Below, piece by piece: positions 1 to 10,005 of a stretch of 64,000 nucleotides of DNA. Numbering within the stretch: the stretch's first letter is position 1; each line of letters begins with the position of its first letter. The notes beneath the pieces were generated by a model. It saw only the letters and a list, made by a program, of their open reading frames with translations, did not search any database and was not told where the DNA came from. Source of the stretch: a virus (taxonomy: Duplodnaviria > Caudoviricetes); the IMG/VR virus record IMGVR_UViG_3300028832_000117, positions 1 through 64,000 of that record. One strand, 5' to 3'. The position numbers and the translations under genes are program-made.

Positions 1-218
1 ATTCGAGCAGATCAAGAAAGACATCAGGTTTATGGGTCGCGCTCCACGATAAGCAGCAACCGTCACCTGTGTCTTCTCTGTAGGAATGCTCTGCTCTATG
101 ACATCATCTATCGTCCAGCCCCCAGCGGGAGGAACAGGGTCCCATGGATTGGTTGCGGTCAGATTTCTCCACGCAACCCCGTTCGCCAAGTCGCGCACTT
201 CCGAAAATACGCCTCTCA

Positions 219-728
219 TTATGGCACCTCCACCGTCACGTCCACAAGCTGTCCGTCTACAACCGCTATTGTCACGCGTCTTGCGTCGGCGACAGAACTC
301 GGGTGCCACTCGAACGGCTCCACGGTTATCGTCATGTCGCCTTTGGTGACCGCTATTGCGCCGGTTATGGTTGCCGGATACTCATGTGCAGCGCAAAGAT
401 CCTGCGGCGAGACATCGAGCGTAAGCGTCGCCGTCCCTGCGGTATACTCGTCGTCCACGGCCATCACAAACGCCCCCACCCGTACCTCGGGTTCATCCAG
501 CCAGCTCGCCGTCACGACAAGCGCCCCCTCATGCGTCGCGTTGTACGTGTTGCAGACCCAATCCAGAGGCTCGAAGGTGCACATTATCTCCATGCGGTCA
601 TCAGGATTCTTGCTCTGCGCAGAAGCCTTTCTCACGAGAGGACGCGACAGGATGTCCTTGTAGCAAAGTCTCCCCGCTCCCTGCCCGGCATCATTAGCTC
701 GGTGGCACAGCTTGCTGTATGTTGTCAT
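219..728 (-). CDS. hypothetical protein, probably virion-associated
   Basis: Last gene of the minus-strand operon that begins at the terminase; beta-rich 169 aa; start taken at MTTYSK. Confidence 0.6.
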   Translation of the reverse strand: MTTYSKLCHRANDAGQGAGRLCYKDILSRPLVRKASAQSKNPDDRMEIMCTFEPLDWVCNTYNATHEGALVVTASWLDEPEVRVGAFVMAVDDEYTAGTATLTLDVSPQDLCAAHEYPATITGAIAVTKGDMTITVEPFEWHPSSVADARRVTIAVVDGQLVDVTVEVP

Positions 729-1512
729 TCGCACCCTCCGCCAGATCGTTCCACCGCTTCATCCAGCCACAAACCTTCGCCCTGTATTCCGCCTTCTTGT
801 TCGCCGGCTGCGACGAGTGATCCCACGCGCAGTTCGCCGCCCTGGCCTTCACGAACGTGTCGTTGGCAAGATCGAGGGCTGTGACCCAGAATCCATCGCC
901 CTTGGCGTTTGCCCGCCAACGCATGAGGCTGTCCATGTCGCCGTCCGCGAGACGGAACACACGGCTTGAAACCTCGTGGTCCTCCCACGCCTTATGGTGA
1001 GCCGGGAATCTCTTCACGTCCTCAGCAAGCGGCCTCAGCACTTCGCGCTTCAGGGCGTAGCAAAGACCGAACACGCTCGTGTGGTTGTCGTTCCCGAAGT
1101 CGAAGGCGCCAGCGCACATGGCCTTGGGATCGGCCGCGAACTCCTCTATCCAATCTACCTTGAACATGCAGGTGTCGGCGTCCATCTTGACCAGGATGTC
1201 AGCGTCCGTGAGTTCTGCCGCCTCCACGAACGCTTCGCACTGTCCCTTGAGGTTTTCGCCGCCGAGTATCATGAAGCCTCGCCTGTAGCCGGTCGCGATG
1301 CGTCCCGCCCTCGGATGCGCGGCAAGGAACTTGTCGCGAGCCTCGCGCTTCACCGGACACCACGCATCGTCGACCATGATGAAGCTCGGCTCCAGCTTCT
1401 CGCTCGTGGCGAAGGCTCTTATCGCCGCCCTCTGCGACTCGAGAAGAAGCTCTGAATCGTTGCGGTAGCAGAGGAACGCCACCGTCACCCTTGTCTTTCG
1501 GTTCTCGCTCAT
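694..1512 (-). CDS. putative GT-A fold glycosyltransferase
   Basis: ADILVKMDADTCMF DxD motif after a hydrophobic strand; N-terminal VAFLCY strand; late WEDH motif; start overlaps the upstream stop (ATGA). Confidence 0.6.
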   Translation of the reverse strand: MSENRKTRVTVAFLCYRNDSELLLESQRAAIRAFATSEKLEPSFIMVDDAWCPVKREARDKFLAAHPRAGRIATGYRRGFMILGGENLKGQCEAFVEAAELTDADILVKMDADTCMFKVDWIEEFAADPKAMCAGAFDFGNDNHTSVFGLCYALKREVLRPLAEDVKRFPAHHKAWEDHEVSSRVFRLADGDMDSLMRWRANAKGDGFWVTALDLANDTFVKARAANCAWDHSSQPANKKAEYRAKVCGWMKRWNDLAEGANDNIQQAVPPS

Positions 1513-2945
1513 GTCTGGCTGCTTTCTTCCTGTTCCGTTCCGTTCGCGTTCGACGAACACTGGCACACGCTTTCAGGCACCGCCGTAGTTATCACGGTCC
1601 AGTCGTTGTGGAATGTACGGCTCACCAGAAGCCCGTTGTCCCAAACCTCGTCACAGAACTTTGCCTGTAGCTGATTGTCGGTATATCTTAAACCGCACAT
1701 TATCACATCCGCACTGCTGCCTGTCGTATGGTAGCCCGACCAGCTGGAGCCGCTTCCACCGCTTCCGCCGGAGTACCCGATCATTATAACCGGGTATCCC
1801 TCGCTGTCCAAGACGGTCTGAATCGTAATCCCGCTCTCCGGCACAGGCGCGAGCGCCGGCACGACAATCTCCACATCCGTATCGTCTCCGTCGGCCACTA
1901 TATTGCAAAGGTGCTCTCCCTTAAACAATAAGGGCCTTTTGTTTGCGGTTCCCGTCACGTGCAGGTAAGCGAGGGTGTTTCCTGTGACAAGCTCCGACGA
2001 ACCGCTGGAGCTTGGAGCGGTAGTGGTCTTCTTTGCCACGACTCCATACATAGGAGTGGTCAGATCGCCGGCCGAAGCGCACGAGTTCTCTGGTATGCCC
2101 AGCATGCCCAGGAGCGTATCGCTGCATCCTGACGCATCCGGTGCGACCGGCTCGTCGAAGTCCTTGATCTGGAGCTTGGCCTCCCCGTCGCCGGACGTCT
2201 TGTTCTCCAGGCTCACGTCGTCCGCTATGTCTTGTCCACCCGTGCTTACCGGCAGGTTCACCCCACGGTAGTCCCTCGTTATCTCGCCGCCCACGAAGTC
2301 GTAGAGCTTCACGTTGTAGACAACCTTGCTCGACCCCTGCGACTGATCGGGCGTCAAGCTCAGCGCGTACGTCCAAAGTATGTCGTTCGCATACCTGTGC
2401 CCAGGGCCATCGACCGCCATCTCGCTGCTCGCGCTTGTGCATCCCGTAGCTGTGCAGACGAGATATGCCGTCTCCCCACTACTCCCCGTTATCGTAAGGC
2501 TCTGCGCCACCGACTCCGACGAGCCGTCTATCCAGAATCCGCTCGCTTCCACGGTCCTCGTCGTCTTGTCGTATTCGAATATGGACGGATTACTGCTTCC
2601 TCCTTCACCGCCAAAGTTTATCGTGCTCGTCACGATGTCGTACTGCTCGCCGTCGTTGTCGCTTGACCCGAAACTCGCCACCTTGAAGTTGTACTTCGCC
2701 GACTCCCCCGAGCTCCCGCTGTACGCCGCACATCCACTGAACGTCACATAAGTCGTGTCAGTCGACGAGTTCTTGACGACATGTCCCCAAAGCTCCGTGC
2801 CGAGCGAGCTTCCGATATCGACATTGCCGTTGCTAGAATCCTTTATCGTGACAGGTGCGCCGTTCTCCAATACGCACCCGTCCGGCGCGAAGATGTAGTA
2901 CTTCGCGCTGTCTACGTCCCAGAACACGTTAAACGGCCGCGGCAT
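1509..2945 (-). CDS. putative tail/virion structural protein (Ser/Gly/Thr-rich, 478 aa)
   Basis: C-terminal part of ORF 1509..4553; plausible start MPRPFNVFW with GGAGG SD just after the upstream stop. Confidence 0.65.
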   Translation of the reverse strand: MPRPFNVFWDVDSAKYYIFAPDGCVLENGAPVTIKDSSNGNVDIGSSLGTELWGHVVKNSSTDTTYVTFSGCAAYSGSSGESAKYNFKVASFGSSDNDGEQYDIVTSTINFGGEGGSSNPSIFEYDKTTRTVEASGFWIDGSSESVAQSLTITGSSGETAYLVCTATGCTSASSEMAVDGPGHRYANDILWTYALSLTPDQSQGSSKVVYNVKLYDFVGGEITRDYRGVNLPVSTGGQDIADDVSLENKTSGDGEAKLQIKDFDEPVAPDASGCSDTLLGMLGIPENSCASAGDLTTPMYGVVAKKTTTAPSSSGSSELVTGNTLAYLHVTGTANKRPLLFKGEHLCNIVADGDDTDVEIVVPALAPVPESGITIQTVLDSEGYPVIMIGYSGGSGGSGSSWSGYHTTGSSADVIMCGLRYTDNQLQAKFCDEVWDNGLLVSRTFHNDWTVITTAVPESVCQCSSNANGTEQEESSQT

Positions 2946-2956
2946 CGTCGTCCTCC

Positions 2957-5806
2957 CTACTGCTGCCCGCCCGCTGCAGGCGTGGCGCCGGCCTTGGATG
3001 CGGACAGCACGACCGGAAGCTCCCTGAGCGCCTGCGCAAGCTCCTTCATCCCTTCGTTCGCGTCGCGGCCAAGGGTGCCCGTGCGGAACCCGCCGATGTC
3101 CAGTATCTTCAATATGGCCGTCGCCAGATCCTGGCTCTCGTCGCCGTGCTTGCAGCTCGCGGTGCATGTCTCCCAGTTGCCGCTGCCGGAAAGCTCCGCA
3201 CGCTTCCACTCCGCGCAGACCGTACCCACGCTGTCCATGTACGGCCCGCTCACCAGCCTCACCGCAAGAACACCCGCGTCTTCCCTGCCGGGGTTCGCCT
3301 GCTCCTCGTCGCTGAGGTAGTCGACGTAGGCGCTGCCCCTCACATGGTACAGCTGCACCGTCATCTTCCGGTGGCGCCTCCACCTGTTGCGCTCGTCGAA
3401 CTTCACTTGGATCACGTCTATCCTCGGCCCCGATCTCATGAACTTGTAGTCGGCCATCGAAGCCCCGCGCCCCGGAACGTTCGTCATCCACGTCGCGAAA
3501 CCGTCGTGGAGCCCGAACGAGTTCACCGAGTCCTGCACCGTAAGCGCATAGGCTCCGCCGGGATACCCTACGTTCTCGCTCGGCTGGTTCCTGTACTGGA
3601 TGACATGCACCACCGACCCGTCCTCGCGCTCGTACTGGTAGCGGTGCTTCGCCGCCTTGGCCGTCACGACCTCGGTGGTGTTGCTCGCCGTGCCGTTCGC
3701 GGTCCTGGCCCCGCTCTTGCGTACGATCCTGCCGGCGGAGAACTGCGTCTCCACGTCCTGGACGTCGGTCTCGTTCCTCGTCTCCGAGTGCCTGTGCGAG
3801 AAGTTGTCCTGCGTGCACTCCTCGGAGACGGAGCCGGCCGGGGAGACGCCGGCCGCCGTGGACACTACATCGTACAGCCCGCCGTCGGTGATCCTGTACG
3901 ACACGCTCTCCCCGATCCTCACGGGGTCCGGCGGAGGGGACTGCAGGCTGCGGTGCCTGCGCCTGACGGTGAGACCCCCCAAGGTCATCGACTTCTCGAC
4001 CTCGGCGTTGGTGACGCTCCTCTCCTCGACGGTGCGGACGGTGACGTCCCAGGTGCCCTCCTCGGTCTGGCGGGCCGATTTGCGGCGTGTCCTTCCGTTG
4101 CCCGCCTCGTCCGCCTCCGCAGGTGGCTGCGCAGCCTGGTTGGATGTGGTGGAGTCGACGTGCTCGAAGACGGTCTTCCGGCACTCCGTGCCGATCGTGC
4201 CCGCCGCCTCCGCGGTCGTCACGGTCCTGGTCGTCACGTAGAGCCCGCCGGGCGTGACCTCGCTCTGCCTCGTCTCGCCGACGGCGAGCCCCGTCTCCGC
4301 AAGCGGATTCGCGACGTTCCTGTCGACGACGGTCCTCTGCGTCCCCCTTAGGGTCTTCCTGACGGTGATCTGCGCGTTCGCCTTCTGGAGCTCCTGGCGG
4401 TCCTCGACCGTCACTTCGTACGAGCCCTCCTCGGTGATCCTGGACGTCTGCTCGTACCGGTGGCCGGCGCCCGCGTCCCGGTAGTGCTTCGCGGGCTTCG
4501 CCGGCTGGACCGTGCGGTCGGACTCGACGTGCTCGAAGACGGTGGTGGAGCACGCGCTCCCGGCGTCTATCGGCTGCGCGGACCTGTCGACAGCCACGAT
4601 CTCCTGGTCTATGCGCCCGGAGTCGGTCACGGTGTTCGTCACCGTCCCGATGCCCGTCGGGTCCGCGGCCGCGGACGTCATGTGCCGGTTCACGGTCCTC
4701 ACGGTCGCGCCGCGCACCGTCCTGCGCACCTCCACGACCTGACCGGTGCGCGTCTTCTCGGTGCGCGTCGAGACCGTGTTGTCGTACAGCCCGTCCGGCC
4801 TCAGCTCGCCGCGGTGCTCCGTGACGGTCCCGGCCGCCGCGTTGTGCGTCGTGACGTCGGCGAGCTTCACCGCCTGCGCCGACGTCTTGACGGCGAGGCG
4901 CCTTTCGGTCTCCGTGTCCGTCGACGAGCGCTCAGCCTCGACGTTCTTCACGGCGACGGTCGTGACGACGGAGACGTTCCACGTGCAGTCGTCGTTCTGC
5001 CTGAGGTTCCTCCACTCGACGGTCGTGCCCCTGGCGTCGCCGCACTGCGCGGGGACCTGGGCCGCGCTACCCGTGCCGGAGTCGATCCTGAAGCCGGACG
5101 ACGGGTTCCCGTAGAGGTTGGTGCAGTCCTGCTGCGTGACCTGGCGGAACTCCGTGCACTCGACGACCGTCGCGGCCCCGATGCGCGTCTTCGCGGTCCT
5201 GGTCACTATCGCGTACCTGTAGGTGCCGTCCTCCTGGCGCGCGACCTGCTGCAGGGACACGACGACGCCCTGGCCGCCCGCAGGCAGCGTGTCGGGGAGC
5301 GAAGGCTCGTCCCAGTGGTACTCGGTCGTCACGGTCTCGACGCAGTCGGCGGAGCTCTCGACGGAGTCGCCGTCCCCGGCCTCCGTGGACTCCACGAGGT
5401 CCTGGACGAGGGTGTGCCTGTTCTCGTTCGTCGACCTCCTCTGGTCGTCGAGGTTCGTCTGGTCGTCGCGGATCCAGCGGGTGCGCGTCGGCTTGTAGGT
5501 TCCGGGGATGTCGACGCCGTTCACGATCTTGCCGGTGTACGGCGCGAGGCTCAGGAGATAGCGCTCCGCCTCGGGGACCAGCGCCCACGGGCAGCCCTTC
5601 GCGAAGCGCGTGAGCCTGACGGGCTTCATGGTCCTCTCGTACGAGACGACGGCGTTCGCACCCTCGCCCGTCGACGTCTCCTTCAGGGACACGCGGTGCT
5701 CGAGGACCTGGAGGCGCCACGAGCCGCGAAGCCCGGAGGGATCCGACAGTCCGTCGATCCACCTAACGGCCTCTGCGTTGAAAGTCTCTGCTGGTTCGTC
5801 TGACAT
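2957..5806 (-). CDS. large Thr/Val-rich virion protein with internal repeats (949 aa)
   Basis: Long ORF with strong codon bias; repeated units CSTTVFEHVES / CRKTVFEHVDS / CTQDNFSHRHS; downstream of terminase. Confidence 0.7.
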   Translation of the reverse strand: MSDEPAETFNAEAVRWIDGLSDPSGLRGSWRLQVLEHRVSLKETSTGEGANAVVSYERTMKPVRLTRFAKGCPWALVPEAERYLLSLAPYTGKIVNGVDIPGTYKPTRTRWIRDDQTNLDDQRRSTNENRHTLVQDLVESTEAGDGDSVESSADCVETVTTEYHWDEPSLPDTLPAGGQGVVVSLQQVARQEDGTYRYAIVTRTAKTRIGAATVVECTEFRQVTQQDCTNLYGNPSSGFRIDSGTGSAAQVPAQCGDARGTTVEWRNLRQNDDCTWNVSVVTTVAVKNVEAERSSTDTETERRLAVKTSAQAVKLADVTTHNAAAGTVTEHRGELRPDGLYDNTVSTRTEKTRTGQVVEVRRTVRGATVRTVNRHMTSAAADPTGIGTVTNTVTDSGRIDQEIVAVDRSAQPIDAGSACSTTVFEHVESDRTVQPAKPAKHYRDAGAGHRYEQTSRITEEGSYEVTVEDRQELQKANAQITVRKTLRGTQRTVVDRNVANPLAETGLAVGETRQSEVTPGGLYVTTRTVTTAEAAGTIGTECRKTVFEHVDSTTSNQAAQPPAEADEAGNGRTRRKSARQTEEGTWDVTVRTVEERSVTNAEVEKSMTLGGLTVRRRHRSLQSPPPDPVRIGESVSYRITDGGLYDVVSTAAGVSPAGSVSEECTQDNFSHRHSETRNETDVQDVETQFSAGRIVRKSGARTANGTASNTTEVVTAKAAKHRYQYEREDGSVVHVIQYRNQPSENVGYPGGAYALTVQDSVNSFGLHDGFATWMTNVPGRGASMADYKFMRSGPRIDVIQVKFDERNRWRRHRKMTVQLYHVRGSAYVDYLSDEEQANPGREDAGVLAVRLVSGPYMDSVGTVCAEWKRAELSGSGNWETCTASCKHGDESQDLATAILKILDIGGFRTGTLGRDANEGMKELAQALRELPVVLSASKAGATPAAGGQQ

Positions 5807-5850
5807 CTTGCGGTCCTGGAGTCCTTCCGGTTTTATCGAACAACACGGGT

Positions 5851-5880
5851 ATTATAGCATACGTCCGCCCCGGAAGTCAA
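5851..5880 (-). promoter_or_regulatory. sigma70-type promoter with extended -10
   Basis: Minus strand TTGACT-N18-TATAAT with TATGC immediately before the -10. Confidence 0.7.
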
Positions 5881-7703
5881 TCGTCCGCTTCGCCCGAAAA
5901 CGCATCCTCTCCGTAGTCGTCCGAGGGAGCCGAACGCGTCTCCATCCTCACTTCCTCCTGCCCCGGGACCGCCATGTCGGCGGCGGGCCTGGGGAGGTCG
6001 CCGAAGGGGAGCATCCCGAGGGACTCCTTCACGGCCAAGGCGGCGAGCGCGCACGCGTCGCAGACGTCGGGGGACCTTCCGAACCTCGGCTTGAAGACCT
6101 TCTTCGGCTCCATCCTGAGCGGATTCTTGAGCTCGTCGGACTTGTCGGAGACCGTCATGAAGTGGCGGGTCGTAAGGGCCCGTCTCGCCTCCTCGGGGAG
6201 CCCGCGCACCTGGCCCGCCCTGCAGAACTCCGCGAGGACGCACCACGCCTCGGTCCCGCGGTCGGCGTAGGACTCCTTGGCGGGCTTGGGGTCGTAGGCC
6301 CTGAACTGCCGCTCGGAGGCGCGCTCGCCGGAGTTGACCGCCATGATGCCGAACGCGCCCGAGCGCATGATGAGCTCGCCCGCGAGGCCCTGGTTGGCGG
6401 ACGCGTCCACGGCGACCTCCGACCACCTGCGGGGCATGAAGGGCTTCGAGCGCATGAGCGCCGTCACCTGCTCGCGCATCTGCTCGACCGCGGGGTGCCT
6501 CGCCAGCTTCGAGCCGTCGATCTTCAGGTAGTGGAGCCCGTCCGTGAAGTCGAGGACGCGCCGCCCCAGGTGGTCCGACCTCACGAGGCAGCGGACAAGG
6601 CACGCGCCGTCGCCGCCCTCCGTCCAGGCGGGGTCGATACCTACCGCGCTCGCATGGACGGACGAGGGGTCCATCGCCATCGGCTCCGTCACGCCCTGGC
6701 GTATCGCGTCGCCCTCCTCGAGCACGGGGACGCCGCCGAACCCGGAGGCGAGCGGGAAGCCGCGGACCATCTGCCAGAACTGCGGGGCGTCGGGGTTGCC
6801 GTGGCAGAGCTTCAGGGTCTGCTCGACCTGGCTCCTGCGCAGGAGGAACGGGAGCTCGCGCTCGAGCTCCGGGTTTTCGATGCACGGGGACTTGAGCCCG
6901 TCCTGGTGGCGTACGAGGTAGCCGAACTGGGAGCGCCAGCAGCCGGTGTCCGGGGTCACGCTCTTCGCGCCGTTCTCCGGAACCGCGTACTCGCACGAGG
7001 GGTCCGACCACGGCGCGGGGTTCGCGAGGGCGGCGAACTTGAAGTCCTCGCAGACCGAGAGGTTGGTGATGGCCGTCTTGATCTCCTCGTGGTTGTTGAT
7101 GGTCGCGAGCTCGTCGATGACGAGGCGGACGTACCTCGAGTGCGCGCCCTGGAGGGTTCCGCCGTCGTTCAGGGCGACGCCGTGGATGCCGGCCTTCGCA
7201 CCCTTGGTGCCGGTCATCGAGTCGTCGTCGCGGCGGTTCAGGATCGCGTACCCCGTCTCCGTGATCTTGCCGGGGACGGTGAAGAGGTCGTTGTGCTGGA
7301 GGAGGTCGAAGTAGCGCTCCACGGACTCCCAGGTACGCTTGCGCAAGGCCTCCTTCGTCGTCGAACCGACCAGGATGGTCGTCTCCGTCGGATCGACTAT
7401 CCAGTCGAGGACGCAGAAGCAGCCTGTGTCCGAGCTCTTTCCGCAGGATGCGCAGCCCCAGGTGATGACGCCCTTCTCCGTCACCCAGTCGTGGGCGTGC
7501 TCCTCAGCCCAGCGGTGCACCTTGAAGCCGTCGCCGAAGAGCTCGACGCACGCCTCGAGAAGGGGCACCCAGGGGTCCTTCACCTCGACCCCGCGGTCGC
7601 GCAGGATCTCGCGCCACTTCTTGGCGACGAACAGCTTGATGAAGGTCTCCGAGGTTTCCTTGGGCCAGTCGAGGCCGTATCTGGACTTGTAGGTGTCTGC
7701 CAT
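5877..7703 (-). CDS. terL: terminase large subunit
   Basis: Walker A GCASCGKS, Walker B VRLVIDE, RNase H-like nuclease VGIDPAWTEGGDG and C-terminal RSPDVCDA. Confidence 0.88.
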   Translation of the reverse strand: MADTYKSRYGLDWPKETSETFIKLFVAKKWREILRDRGVEVKDPWVPLLEACVELFGDGFKVHRWAEEHAHDWVTEKGVITWGCASCGKSSDTGCFCVLDWIVDPTETTILVGSTTKEALRKRTWESVERYFDLLQHNDLFTVPGKITETGYAILNRRDDDSMTGTKGAKAGIHGVALNDGGTLQGAHSRYVRLVIDELATINNHEEIKTAITNLSVCEDFKFAALANPAPWSDPSCEYAVPENGAKSVTPDTGCWRSQFGYLVRHQDGLKSPCIENPELERELPFLLRRSQVEQTLKLCHGNPDAPQFWQMVRGFPLASGFGGVPVLEEGDAIRQGVTEPMAMDPSSVHASAVGIDPAWTEGGDGACLVRCLVRSDHLGRRVLDFTDGLHYLKIDGSKLARHPAVEQMREQVTALMRSKPFMPRRWSEVAVDASANQGLAGELIMRSGAFGIMAVNSGERASERQFRAYDPKPAKESYADRGTEAWCVLAEFCRAGQVRGLPEEARRALTTRHFMTVSDKSDELKNPLRMEPKKVFKPRFGRSPDVCDACALAALAVKESLGMLPFGDLPRPAADMAVPGQEEVRMETRSAPSDDYGEDAFSGEADD

Positions 7704-7710
7704 GGCGGCT

Positions 7711-7740
7711 ATTGTATCATAACGTGATGTGAGGTGTCAA
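7711..7740 (-). promoter_or_regulatory. sigma70-type promoter for terL (probably leaderless transcript)
   Basis: Minus strand TTGACA-N18-TACAAT with TATGA extension; ATG follows the -10 after only 7 nt, no SD. Confidence 0.7.
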
Positions 7741-7985
7741 GGGCCCGACGGGGAACCTCCAACCACAACAGGAGCCATTCACGGATCTGTGAACTCCCCG
7801 CCGGGCCCTCGACGGATATTATAGCATATTTCCGGACGCCTGGGGTGGCGAAGGGAACCTAGGGTCCCTCTGGCGTTTCTCACGGACAGGTCTATCGTAA
7901 CGGGTTTCACCTCTTTCAGAAACACCTCCTCCGAGGACCCGTGCCGTATTAATATATTACGTAACCCCTCTACCCGTAATCCGCC

Positions 7986-8062
7986 CAGGAGACCGCTATC
8001 GTCAGTAGATTACCTTGCTCCGCAGGCTCCGCAAGGTAATCTCCTGACTCCGCGGTCTCCTG
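7986..8062. repeat. long imperfect inverted repeat / hairpin between the divergent arms
   Basis: CAGGAGACCGC/GCGGTCTCCTG (11 bp), GTCAG/CTGAC, AGATTACCTTGC/GCAAGGTAATCT (12 bp). Confidence 0.8.
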
Positions 8063-8165
8063 TGCCACCCGCCCCGCCAGGCAGAGGTATGAATCATACC
8101 CTGTGCAAGCAGTCACGGTGACCGCTCACATCCAACAGTAAACAATCCCAGAAAGGAACCACACA

Positions 8166-8603
8166 ATGGACAACACCAATACCACTCCCGCTCCCGCTCC
8201 CGCTACCGCTGAACAAGCGAAGAAGCCTGTCATCCTCACTCTGCCGCCGCAGAAGTTGAGCGTGTTCGTCAAAGTGCAGGACGGCAAGCCTTCCCTGAAC
8301 GGCGATTTCCGCGCTGTTCCGCTCAACCCCCACGGTGCGACCCGTGCATACTTCCTCGGCGTCGATGTCACAGACAAGGCTGCGGAGCAGATTGACAACC
8401 TCAGCGAAAAAGCCATCGATTCGAAAGGCGCACCCTACCTCGCCTGCGGTCTCGTCACTGCCAAGGTCGAAGTGCTGAGCCCTCGCTACCCGCAGGAAGG
8501 CGACACTACACCCGAGGTATCCTACCGTGTCAAGGTGCTCAGCCTCGAACGCGCGGTGGACGCAGCATCCAACAGGTTCGCCTCGAAACTCGGTCTTGTC
8601 TGA
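8166..8603 (+). CDS. hypothetical protein (145 aa), first gene of the early arm
   Basis: AAGGA SD, beta-rich ORF followed by an intrinsic terminator. Confidence 0.75.
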   Translation: MDNTNTTPAPAPATAEQAKKPVILTLPPQKLSVFVKVQDGKPSLNGDFRAVPLNPHGATRAYFLGVDVTDKAAEQIDNLSEKAIDSKGAPYLACGLVTAKVEVLSPRYPQEGDTTPEVSYRVKVLSLERAVDAASNRFASKLGLV

Positions 8604-8610
8604 CCAGCCA

Positions 8611-8642
8611 AGCCGCACGCTCCTCGGAGTGTGTGGCTTTTT
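8611..8642 (+). terminator. rho-independent terminator
   Basis: AGCCGCACGCTCC-TC-GGAGTGTGTGGCT followed by a T-run, just after the stop at 8603. Confidence 0.75.
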
Positions 8643-9175
8643 GATGCGAGAGGGCTCCGCCCTCTCGCGCTCTCCTCCCTACCCTGCGGGAACGCAGGGC
8701 AGGTTGCGGGGGCTCATCGACTGTCTTGACGCAGACCCCGCGGTGGAGTCTGCACCTCACACGGCGACGCCCGACCGCAGACGGGGCGACTGCCTCCCGC
8801 GCAGAGAATCGCGGGGCGTCAGCGGGGCGCGTAAGGACCCGCAATGATGCCTGACCATGGCGCTGCGCCCCGCGCAAGCGGGGTCATATCCTCTTTCGGA
8901 AAAGTCGCCCTAGGCTGCCTCGGTAGCCTAGGGCCTCTTTACAATCCTGTCTCACAGAAGACGGGTCGCTTCGGCGGCCAACCCTCAAACCGGCGAGAGG
9001 GCGTGCGGGCTCGTGGACCCGCCCTGGTAACCCTGGACAAGGACACATCGCGTCCCCAGGTAGGTGCGTCGGGTGATGTGACAACCCGGAAAGATGACGG
9101 GAGCCCCGTGGGAGTCGGGGCGGTTTTCAAGCAACCTTTGGAGACGGCGTCTTTGAAGGTGCATCCGAGGGTGCA

Positions 9176-9516
9176 TTCGAGGTACGATCGGGTGCCTTTG
9201 GGCACCTTTCGAGCCGTGTCAGCAACTGTACACCGAGATAACTGCACAAAAATGCCACTTAAAGTGCAAAAAGGTTGAAAAAGGGTCAAAATGGCGCTAG
9301 ACAGATGCTGACATTTTCGGGTTTTGACTATTCGAGCGTTTCGAGCGACTTCGAGTTTATTTAGTGCGATTAACGGGTTCAAAAAGCCCGTTTCGAGACG
9401 GTATAATAAATTATTATATTATTTTTATAAATGTTGGAAAGTAATAATATATAATATATAATAATTTTTACTATATAGGGTAACTTAAAAAAAATCATAG
9501 TCACGGCGTTTTCGAG
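9176..9516. other. putative replication origin (AT-rich core with TTCGAG repeats)
   Basis: About 95 bp that are almost purely A/T at 9402-9495 in a high-GC genome; TTCGAG at 9176, 9208, 9331, 9340, 9350, 9392 and 9511, all in one orientation. Confidence 0.55.
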
Positions 9517-9714
9517 CCTTCGACACGCAGCAAACCCGCTCCGTTCTAGGCTCCCCTGGTACCCGACCCCTCCCGAAAAAATCAGTATCTGTAAAAATTT
9601 TTCCCCGTTTTTCTGACACTTTCCCTAGAAGTATCAATTGACACTTTCCCTAAAAGTGTCAAATACCCTGCCGATTTCCACCAACAAAACCACAACAAAC
9701 CAAGGAGACCAAAG

Positions 9715-10005
9715 ATGAACAAGATATACTGCATCATCCTCAGCTGGAACTACAAGAACCAGCAGGACCAGCAGAACCAGAACTTCGACATAGCCCCTGT
9801 GCGCTACCGCTCGAAGTCCGCCGCAGCCCTCTGCGCCAAGGAGACCGTGGAGGCCGAACTGAACCTCTTCTCCAAGGTGAACGAGGTCGATGCGGGAGCC
9901 TGCAAAGTAGCAAAGCACAGGACGCGCGACGTATGGACGCTCTTGGTCGCGGACGGCTCCAAGCCCTACACGTTCAGGGCCGAAGTCGTCGAATGCATCC
10001 TTTAG
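9715..10005 (+). CDS. hypothetical protein
   Basis: AAGGAG SD, 96-aa ORF with phage-typical codon bias. Confidence 0.7.
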   Translation: MNKIYCIILSWNYKNQQDQQNQNFDIAPVRYRSKSAAALCAKETVEAELNLFSKVNEVDAGACKVAKHRTRDVWTLLVADGSKPYTFRAEVVECIL

